This document shows, one piece after another, positions 16,917 through 24,581 of a stretch of 24,581 bases of DNA. The notes beneath the pieces were generated by a model, which was not told where the DNA came from, did not search any database, and was given only the letters and a program-made list of their open reading frames with translations. Location of the stretch: NCBI GenBank assembly GCA_050011875.1, contig JBEKIG010000022.1, forward strand, positions 1 to 24,581, read 5' to 3'. The first letter of the stretch is position 1. The number at the start of each line of letters is the position of its first letter. The translations under genes were made by a program, and so were the position numbers. Source of the DNA: Nitrososphaeria archaeon (GTDB lineage Archaea > Thermoproteota > Nitrososphaeria > JACIWG01).

Positions 16917-19634
16917 TTGGATAAAAAAGCGGTCGTTTGTATTATCTTATTTCTTATGTTGGCACCGATGCTTGGAGCATCCTATGCATCATCGTCCGTT
17001 CAACTCAGTCTTCTAATCACTCCGGCTTTAGCTTCTGTCCCTTCTGATGGCCTACAACATCCAGCTTTCTACGTTTCGGTTGTGGATAGCTCCGGCAACC
17101 CTAGAGCCCTACAAAAAAATATTAACGTAACTACTTCTAGTTCAGATAATAGTATATTGAAAGTCCCCAGTAACATAACAATGGGGATTGGAAGCTACTA
17201 CACTATCGTGTATGGTTCGAGCACCATTTTGGTAGGGAAATCCGTTCAGGTTTCAGTTTCGTCGTCTGGTTTTCAATCTGGCACGGCCACAATTTCAGTG
17301 GCACCTCCGGCAGGCACTCCGATATCCCTGAAGATCACCCTGCTTCCAAACACGGTAGCACCTTTGGTGGGATCAGAGTCAGATGTTGTCGTCACAATTG
17401 TTGACGCATATAACCAGCCTGCTAAAGCTAGAACTAATATTAATGTAACTTTGTCTTCATCTAATCTTCAGATAGCAGATCTAATCCCTAGAACAATTAC
17501 AGTTTCAAAGGGGAATTTTTCTGCTATGGCTAAGATCAAAACTACAGGCTTTGTTGGAAGTACTTCAATTACAGCCTCCTCATCCAACCTTCAGTCTGAC
17601 ACTCAAACTTTTACGGTCTCCGGTCCTAAACCGCAACAAATTGATATTTGGTCCCCTACTGATATTTGTACAAATGAATCAGTCTATATCCCTGTTATGG
17701 TAACGGACCAAAATCTTGAACCTGCAAAACTACCTTTCAAACTTAACATCAGCCTTTATTCTACGAATACATCCATAATTTCTGTTCAAAGCCGTGTTGT
17801 CATAGGTATTGAACAATGGTATGCGTTGGCGACAATAACTTCTTCGAACATTACGGGGTCAGCTACTATTTATGCTTCAGCAGAAAATATATCTTCTACT
17901 AACATCGTTGTAAACGTTGTCCGTGCGGTCGGACCTCCAAAGTTTAAAAACAAGAGTGTGACGCTCAAGATCTACTCCTTGGCAAATTATTTTCCAGCTG
18001 ACGGAATAAACTATACCGGTCTTATGGTGCAATTAGTCAATGCAAGTGGGTATCCAACCTGGTCCAACGTCTCAAAGGTCATTAACCTATTTTCAACGAA
18101 CAATGCGATTCTTGCTGTACCCGCGACAGCAACGATTTTAGCAAATCAGTCGATAGTCTACATCCCTGTTATCCCCGTGGAGCCAGGCAGTGTTCAAGTA
18201 AGCGTAGTTGCCTCAGGCTTTATCGGGACTCAATGCCCATGTTCTGTATATGAACCAATACCAAGCTCTATGCAGATAGTGGTTCCACCAGTCCCTGCAG
18301 GGGGGGAAGTTACCGGGTGCCTTTATATTTCAGGCGGGGGTGGGCCAGCTCCTGTACAACAGAATACTGTAGTGACTTTATCTTCTTCTAACACAAAAGT
18401 AGCTGAAGTCGATGCTACATCGACGCTTCTAAATAAAAACTACACCGCCGAATTTAAAGTTACAGGAGTAACTCCGGGCTCTTTCTCTTTATCTGCATCG
18501 GGTCCAGGTATACCATCAGGCAGCATGCAAGTACAGATTTCTCAATTAAGGCCCTCAAACTTCTTTGTATCAACTATTAAACCCCTAGTTGGAATGCAAT
18601 TTCCGATTATTACGCAGATCATTTCTTCTTCAGGTCCTCCGGCAGTACTCGACGAACCCGTTCAAATAGAAATTTCTTCAAGCAATACGACCGCTGTCAG
18701 CCTGCCCACTACTGTTCAAATTCAAGCCGAAAAAAGTGAAACAATCGTATACGGCACAACTAACTCATCTACCAGCATTACATCGGTGACGATTGCATCG
18801 GTAGGCTTCACTTCTTCGACTTTGCAACTGCAGGCCATATCCTATAAAGGCAGTTTGGTATTAGTAAGTAATAAAACATCATCAACCGTCAATTCAGCTG
18901 TTACAATTCAAGCCATAGTTACATTGGGTGGTAATCCAGTTAGTGGAGTAAAAGTCTTTTGGAAGGGGCAGGGACTACTAGCTAATAATAGTATTACGGG
19001 CTCCTTTGGCAACTGTAGTAACCTTCTTACTTTGAAGCATGGTCAAAACGATGTCGGAGCATATGCTGTGATTCCAGGCGTAGGTTATGTTAACAATGTT
19101 ACGGAGGTTCAAGGGTTAAACGAATATGTATTGGAAACTTCTTCGAACGTAAATGTGAACGTTAACGTGGCGCCGAGCGCACTCGAATACAAGGAAGGTT
19201 TATCGGTGACTTTAACTGCGCCAAATACTGTAGCTATGAATGGATTAATCGGTCTTCTGGGCGGAAAATATGATTTCAATAAATGGACCGGTTTTATAAA
19301 CTCTCAGCAAAATCCTATGAATATAGTCTTTTTAGGAGGCAGTACAACGTTGACTGTTAGAGCTATTTACGTAGAAGATCTTACATTTGTATATGTCTGG
19401 CTTGCAGTTATAATTCTAATTGTAGCCGTCATCGGTTTCTTCTTTTTTAGAAGGTGGTATATGTTAAGACCGCCTAAAGAAGAAAAGGAAACAGAAGCAT
19501 CAGAAACATTAGAAGAGACTGTAACGGAAACAAAAACAGAAGGGGGCAAAGAAAAAGAGACCGGAGAAAGCAAGGACGTAAAGGAGTCCTCTACTGAAGA
19601 AAAGAAGGATGACAACGCAAAAGGAAATAGCTAA
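16917..19634 (+). CDS. Large membrane-anchored surface glycoprotein with tandem Ig-like domains
   Basis: Signal peptide; six roughly 100-aa repeats with a V.L.SSN..V..VP..VTI pattern; Big-1-like domain; InlB B-repeat-like domain; TM helix and acidic tail. Confidence 0.85.
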   Translation: MDKKAVVCIILFLMLAPMLGASYASSSVQLSLLITPALASVPSDGLQHPAFYVSVVDSSGNPRALQKNINVTTSSSDNSILKVPSNITMGIGSYYTIVYGSSTILVGKSVQVSVSSSGFQSGTATISVAPPAGTPISLKITLLPNTVAPLVGSESDVVVTIVDAYNQPAKARTNINVTLSSSNLQIADLIPRTITVSKGNFSAMAKIKTTGFVGSTSITASSSNLQSDTQTFTVSGPKPQQIDIWSPTDICTNESVYIPVMVTDQNLEPAKLPFKLNISLYSTNTSIISVQSRVVIGIEQWYALATITSSNITGSATIYASAENISSTNIVVNVVRAVGPPKFKNKSVTLKIYSLANYFPADGINYTGLMVQLVNASGYPTWSNVSKVINLFSTNNAILAVPATATILANQSIVYIPVIPVEPGSVQVSVVASGFIGTQCPCSVYEPIPSSMQIVVPPVPAGGEVTGCLYISGGGGPAPVQQNTVVTLSSSNTKVAEVDATSTLLNKNYTAEFKVTGVTPGSFSLSASGPGIPSGSMQVQISQLRPSNFFVSTIKPLVGMQFPIITQIISSSGPPAVLDEPVQIEISSSNTTAVSLPTTVQIQAEKSETIVYGTTNSSTSITSVTIASVGFTSSTLQLQAISYKGSLVLVSNKTSSTVNSAVTIQAIVTLGGNPVSGVKVFWKGQGLLANNSITGSFGNCSNLLTLKHGQNDVGAYAVIPGVGYVNNVTEVQGLNEYVLETSSNVNVNVNVAPSALEYKEGLSVTLTAPNTVAMNGLIGLLGGKYDFNKWTGFINSQQNPMNIVFLGGSTTLTVRAIYVEDLTFVYVWLAVIILIVAVIGFFFFRRWYMLRPPKEEKETEASETLEETVTETKTEGGKEKETGESKDVKESSTEEKKDDNAKGNS

Positions 19635-19996
19635 AGGCTCTAACCCTCATATTCAGAGGCGACTTGATCTCGAAGACATCAACTCAGCCTTCAGATACAT
19701 GAAAAGATATGCGAAGGATGTCATAGAACATGAGAATACAGAATCAACTAAGAACAAGTTAGAGCCTTAACCGTAGATTATCCTAATAAAGTAGCATACT
19801 AAACTTTGCTATTAATGCTGTAGTTATGCTATTACTTAATTCAAATAAAGAATTTTATGGTTTGCAAAAAAGTAAAGTAAACTATCTGATTTCAGAAATA
19901 ATTAGATAGATTATATGCTTATGAAAATCTTTTTTTTATCACTGCATTCATTCGACTATTTATGTTCAGATATAAAAGTAGGGTGATCAGTAAACT

Positions 19997-21538
19997 TCAA
20001 TTTTGTTCACTCTCCGGGGAGGCTTTACTTTTACGCAATAGGGTGACTGCCAAAAGCGCTACGATCGCCAGCAGAGGAATCCAAAGCAGCTGAAGATACA
20101 GGTTCAAGCTATCCTGAATAACGATTCCTCCAACAGGTGAAGCTGTCGTCTCAGTCGTAGTTGCAGTAGGCGTCGTGTACAGGTAAGCTTCGAAAGTTGC
20201 AGTTATGGACTGGTTAGCTTGAACATCGCTAAAGACAACTGTTTGACCAGCAGGCGAAGAAACCGTCACAGGACTGCCATCAACCGTTATGCTCGCAATG
20301 TAGTAACCTACACTAGACGTGCCTGCATTAGGCGTAACAGAGAAACTCAGGCTACCACCCTCAGCAACCGTCGAATTACCAGGACTAATAGTGCCATCGC
20401 TAGACTGAGTAACCGTAATAGTGTACGTGTAAGCCGCGAAAGCATAAACATTGCCGTCATATGAGCCGACGTAAACGACGCCTCCGACAACAGCAGGAGA
20501 AGACCACACCCAGCCTCCAGTAGTGAAGTTCCAGATTTCAGCACCATTAGAAGCGTTCAAAGCATAAACATTGCCGTCAAATGAGCCGACATAAACGATG
20601 CCTCCGGCAACGGCAGGAGAAGAAAACACCCAGTTTCCAGTAGTGAAGTTCCAGATCATAACACCGCTAGAAGTGTTCAAAGCATAAACCATGTTGTTAA
20701 GTGAGCCGACATAAACGATACCTCCAGCAACAGCAGGAGAAGAATACACATCTCTTCCAGTAGGGAAGCTCCAGATTTCATCACCATTAGAAGCGTTCAA
20801 AGCATAAACATTACCGTCGTATGAGCCGACATAAACGACGCCCCCAGCAACAGCAGGAGAAGAATACACAGCGCCTCCAGTAGTGAAGTTCCAAAGTTTA
20901 GCACCGCTAGAAGCGTTCAAAGCGTAAGTATTTTTGTCCCATGAGCCGACATATACAACGCCCCCAGCAACAGCGGGAGAAGAAAACACATAGCTTCCAG
21001 TAGGGAAGCTCCAGATCGAAGCACCGCTAGAAGCGTTCAAAGCGTAAACATAGTCATCAAGTGAGCCGACGTAAACAGCGCCTCCAGCAACAGCAGGAGA
21101 AGACCACACCCAGCCTCCAGTAGTGAAGCTCCAAAGCTTAACACCGCTAGAAGCGTTCAAAGCATAAACATTGTCGTCATCTGAGCCGACATAAACGACA
21201 CCTCCAACAACAGCAGGAGAAGATCGCACACCACCTCCAGTAGTGAAGCTCCAAAGCTTAACACCACTAGAAGCGTTCAAAGCATAAACATTACCGTCCC
21301 ATGAGCCGACGTAAACGACGCCTCCAACAACAGCAGGAGAAGATTCCACAGAGTTTCCAGTAGTGAAGTTCCAAAGTTGAACACCACTAGAAGGGCTTGA
21401 GGTAGAGTATCCAGAATGCGCAGCATCATGACGAAACATCGTCCAATCGTCGCTAGCCCCAACAGCAGAAGGCAGCAAAGACAAACACAGCAAAACAGTC
21501 AACGACACAAGAAAGAACCTTGCAAACTTCACTTTCAT
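19997..21538 (-). CDS. Membrane-anchored PQQ-type/BamB-like 8-blade beta-propeller protein with an Ig-like stalk
   Basis: Signal peptide; WTMFRHDAAHSG; 8 x 40-aa SSPAVxGGVVYVGSxDxNVYALNAS repeats; C-terminal TM. ATG at 21538 follows GGAGA; the ORF track start is 21559. Confidence 0.93.
   Translation of the reverse strand: MKVKFARFFLVSLTVLLCLSLLPSAVGASDDWTMFRHDAAHSGYSTSSPSSGVQLWNFTTGNSVESSPAVVGGVVYVGSWDGNVYALNASSGVKLWSFTTGGGVRSSPAVVGGVVYVGSDDDNVYALNASSGVKLWSFTTGGWVWSSPAVAGGAVYVGSLDDYVYALNASSGASIWSFPTGSYVFSSPAVAGGVVYVGSWDKNTYALNASSGAKLWNFTTGGAVYSSPAVAGGVVYVGSYDGNVYALNASNGDEIWSFPTGRDVYSSPAVAGGIVYVGSLNNMVYALNTSSGVMIWNFTTGNWVFSSPAVAGGIVYVGSFDGNVYALNASNGAEIWNFTTGGWVWSSPAVVGGVVYVGSYDGNVYAFAAYTYTITVTQSSDGTISPGNSTVAEGGSLSFSVTPNAGTSSVGYYIASITVDGSPVTVSSPAGQTVVFSDVQANQSITATFEAYLYTTPTATTTETTASPVGGIVIQDSLNLYLQLLWIPLLAIVALLAVTLLRKSKASPESEQN
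20440..21392. repeat. Eight near-identical 120-bp intragenic tandem repeats
   Basis: CCAGTAGKGAAG recurs at 20517, 20637, 20757, 20877, 20997, 21117, 21237 and 21357. Confidence 0.95.
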
Positions 21539-21992
21539 ACTCTTTATTTCTCCAACCAACTAATATTTGATTATGTTTATAAGTTTTATTCCCATATACT
21601 TGATTTCACGCTTGCTAAACATTTTTTGGATGTAGCTCTACTTATGTTATAATTATGATGATAGGATGCGGTGTCCGTGATTATAAATCCTACGGTAATA
21701 ATCTATTCATAAAAAATAAGGGGGAAATTACCTCTCCAAATTATTATTTATTTAGTGATTTTTTAACTTGAGATAAGAGAGGAAGAGCTAGGATCACAAA
21801 TAAGATTAGTTAGCTGTTTCTATAGTTTCTAAGTCGACGCTGATAGCTTATGCTCTTAGTGAGATAGCCTCCTTTAAAGGTATAAAATCTGTTAAGACAC
21901 ATATCTATCGATTTCTGATAGTGGTCCTCCTATATAAAGGAGCCCTTATCCATCAATTAAATAGAGGTTTCTTAACTTCTATTTTTCGATGC

Positions 21993-22148
21993 TGTTCTGA
22001 AATGGGAAGGTAGGTTCCCGATTGGCATGTTAATGCCTTCTGTAATAGGGTTCCTCAGAGTGTGTTGGCAAGACATTACACAGATTATAGCCCACAAAGA
22101 CTAAAAGAGATATATGACAAAGCAAAATTGAAGGTTTTAGACACATAA
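21993..22148 (+). pseudogene. C-terminal remnant of an archaeal tyrosine recombinase/integrase
   Basis: CSEMGR*VPDWHVNAFCNRVPQSVLARHYTDYSPQRLKEIYDKAKLKVLDT* retains the R-x6-RHY catalytic-tyrosine region seen in SSV-type archaeal integrases; internal stop at 22011. Not in the ORF track. Confidence 0.8.
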
Positions 22149-22786
22149 TGTGTTCTAACTATTTCTGCAATGGATAAGCGAACAAGAACAGCCACGATCT
22201 TACTAAATATCTCCAAATGTGATTTTGAAGCATCAAAGAAACTATTTAAAAATAGATTCCATTATCAATTTTAATTTCTATTGGAAGCTCTAACCAAAGT
22301 CTTAAATAGCATTTGATCTTATTTTGAAAGGAAAAAGAATGCATCAGTATGGTGCGATAATAAATGTCATAGGCAATGATAATCCGAATATAAAGTCTTT
22401 GTTAAATGAGGGTTTATGGGGATTTCCTGATGATAAAAGAGGTAGTTAAAAATCCTTAGTTAATGTGAACGTGTAAAAATCTCTCTGATTTGTCAACGCT
22501 GAGAATCATTTGCGAGAGTTGCGGGCACATCAACAAAGTGGAGCATATTTCCTAATTTTTCGGGTGTCTCGGGAGCTATTAGATATAATTTTATTAAATG
22601 CTGATGTCCAACAACTTCACATAAGTAGATTTCTGAAAAGTCCCTTTTTTTCATTTTTTAAGGAAATGTTATGAGATAAGTTCATTATTTTTTGCGGATT
22701 AGATAAATATTTTAAAGTAAGCTTATTTTATAATAAATAATGTATTAAGTAATAATAAGAACACATAACTTTATGCTTAATCTAAT

Positions 22787-23176
22787 ATGCCATATGAAAT
22801 CAACCAAAATGGAATCAAGGATGAGCTGCGGTTTACTGAGGAGACTGGAAGCAGTGAGAGTGAATCGTCAATTGATGGATTGATTTTCCAAGCTATTGAT
22901 GAAGCGCTTTCAATACTGGGTAACAAATCAAGGGAATCCATCTATTACTTTCTTGAATCAGAGCATGGGTTGAGTAAGGAGGAAATTCCCTCTAATTTGA
23001 AGAGGTTTCATGAAGCGTTGCGTATGATTTTCGGTGCAGGTGCATACGTGCTCGAAAAGCACATCCGAAGTTGTTTGGAAAAAAAGTTTGGCACTTATAT
23101 TCCTTTAATCAAGGACCAAGACCTTATCGAGTTTGTCGTAGAAATAGAGAAGATAAATCGGAAGGGCGGGGTGTAA
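22787..23176 (+). CDS. NitrOD5/DUF3227-like small archaeal signalling output protein
   Basis: AIDEALSILG...IYYFLE...EEIP..LKRFHEALRMIFGAGA.VLEK pattern; sits directly upstream of a PAS sensor. Confidence 0.75.
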   Translation: MPYEINQNGIKDELRFTEETGSSESESSIDGLIFQAIDEALSILGNKSRESIYYFLESEHGLSKEEIPSNLKRFHEALRMIFGAGAYVLEKHIRSCLEKKFGTYIPLIKDQDLIEFVVEIEKINRKGGV

Positions 23177-23181
23177 CTGAT

Positions 23182-24581
23182 TTGATCTCTGTTGACTTCT
23201 TGAATGAAGAATTGCTTTCAAGGATCTTTTCCTTTAAGGAAAAGGCTGAAGCCTTCAAACTCCTTAAAGACATCTTTTCAAAGCCAAGGGGATATGCTAC
23301 AATCATATTTTCCTACCTTCCTGAAGCAAACAATCTCAGGGTGGAACAATTCTCAACTCAACTTAACAGAAGGGAGGATCGGAAGCAACAGCTTGAAGGC
23401 ACGACTTCCACAATAATGGAAAACGGAATATTTTACAGAGTACTAAGGGGAAAGGAAACAGTATACGATGTCACATATTCCATCCTAAAAGAAATATTTC
23501 CTGAAATCTATAACGATACCCACAGTTTAGCTCTAGGCTATTCGATTGTTGTACCACTCACTTCGCAATCTAAGGTCATCGGCGCACTATTGGTCTCTTC
23601 TTTTGGTCTCGACCACAGTTCTGTTCCAGAGGTTCAGATTTTGGGAAACAGTATTTCCGCTATTCTGAACATTGTGGACCACCATTTAAGTCATGAGGTA
23701 AAATATCGCCAGCTTGTTGAAAGCGCTCAAGAAGGGATATGGGCTATCGATTCTGAAGCTAGGACCACTTTCGTCAACCCCCGTATGGCAGATATGCTGG
23801 GTTATACTGTGGAAGAAATGAATGGGCAGTCTTTATACGAATTCATGGATGAGAGGGGGAAGGTTCTTGCTGGAAGGCTTTTTGAACGCCGCAGGGAAGG
23901 TGTCAGGGAAAGCCATGAATTCGAGTTCATGAGAAAGGATGGTGCAAGAGTTTACACAAGTTTGGAAACTTCACCTTTACGTGATGACAGAGGAGGATTC
24001 ACAGGAGCTTTAGCGTTTGTCACCAACATTACTGAAAAGAAGAAGATGAATGAAGAGTTATATCAAAATGAGGTAAAATATCGCCAGCTTGTTGAAAATG
24101 CGCACGAAGGTATTTGGGCAACAGATTCTAAAATGAAGACAACATTCGTTAACCGTCGTATGGCAGAAATGTTAGGGTACACTGTAGAGGAAATGTTTGG
24201 TCGCTCAGTATACGAGTTCATGGACAAGAAGAATATCGCAATTTCAAAGAATAAACTGGAACAGCGTAAAAAAGGTGTTAGTGAAAGCTATGAACTCGAA
24301 TTTATTAGGAAGGATGGAAAAAGGATTTACACTATTATTACTATTTCGCCTATTTTAGATGAGAAAGGAATTTTCGCTGGCGTCTTAGCTTTTGTCACAG
24401 ATTTATCTGATAAGAGGAGGATGGAGGAGGAGATCAGAAGCCTAGAGAAGTTTCCTGCTGAGAACCCCAGTCCAATACTTCGTTTAAGTCAAGATGGTGT
24501 TATCCTTGCCTCCAACAGGTCTTCTGGAAGTCTACTGGAGAGTTGGGGCTGTAAGGTTGGTGGCTACGCTCCAAAGAATTG
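23182..24581 (+). CDS. GAF-like + PAS-PAS-PAS sensor protein (probable histidine kinase), truncated by the window end
   Basis: Open frame from TTG 23182 to the window end, absent from the ORF track. GAF-like SIVVPLTSQSKVIGALLVSS; two PAS repeats YRQLVE.A.EGIWA.D...TFVN.RMA.MLGY; third PAS starts at FPAENPSPILR. Confidence 0.9.
   Translation, partial: MISVDFLNEELLSRIFSFKEKAEAFKLLKDIFSKPRGYATIIFSYLPEANNLRVEQFSTQLNRREDRKQQLEGTTSTIMENGIFYRVLRGKETVYDVTYSILKEIFPEIYNDTHSLALGYSIVVPLTSQSKVIGALLVSSFGLDHSSVPEVQILGNSISAILNIVDHHLSHEVKYRQLVESAQEGIWAIDSEARTTFVNPRMADMLGYTVEEMNGQSLYEFMDERGKVLAGRLFERRREGVRESHEFEFMRKDGARVYTSLETSPLRDDRGGFTGALAFVTNITEKKKMNEELYQNEVKYRQLVENAHEGIWATDSKMKTTFVNRRMAEMLGYTVEEMFGRSVYEFMDKKNIAISKNKLEQRKKGVSESYELEFIRKDGKRIYTIITISPILDEKGIFAGVLAFVTDLSDKRRMEEEIRSLEKFPAENPSPILRLSQDGVILASNRSSGSLLESWGCKVGGYAPKN

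Noticed and set aside
19640-19770. IQRRLDLEDINSAFRYMK, resembling a zinc alcohol dehydrogenase C-terminus
   Set aside because: Too short to support without a search.
20440-21392. Diversity-generating retroelement target
   Set aside because: No reverse transcriptase or template repeat in the window, and variable codons such as TGG and CGA do not fit the usual adenine-only mutagenesis of AAY codons.
23124-23416. ORFs 23124-23306 and 23204-23416
   Set aside because: They overlap the long sensor reading frame that starts at 23182.

Overview
Archaeal DNA, probably Bathyarchaeia or a related TACK lineage (inferred from TATA/BRE promoters, class III signal peptides and the protein families present). 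The core (5291-19634) is a type IV/Tad-like pilus and adhesin locus. It holds a divergently transcribed major pilin and a tightly coupled operon of five pilin-like genes, including a vWA-domain pilin and a 1391-aa giant pilin-adhesin. It also holds a two-domain TadC/ArlJ-type platform gene with no ATPase beside it, an unannotated frameshifted pilin paralog, and two paralogous membrane-anchored Ig-like surface proteins. The most striking observation is that the giant adhesin appears to be built as nested domains, B[C[D[E]D]C]B plus A[B]A, and the innermost insert is compositionally foreign. The left flank carries trxA, decayed ferredoxin and HMA genes, a SnoaL-like gene and several structured non-coding repeat arrays. 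The right flank carries an 8-blade PQQ-type propeller with hypervariable positions, an integrase remnant with other gene fragments, and a NitrOD5/DUF3227-like gene followed by a GAF-PAS sensor that runs off the window. Family assignments come from motif recognition by eye; no database search was run.
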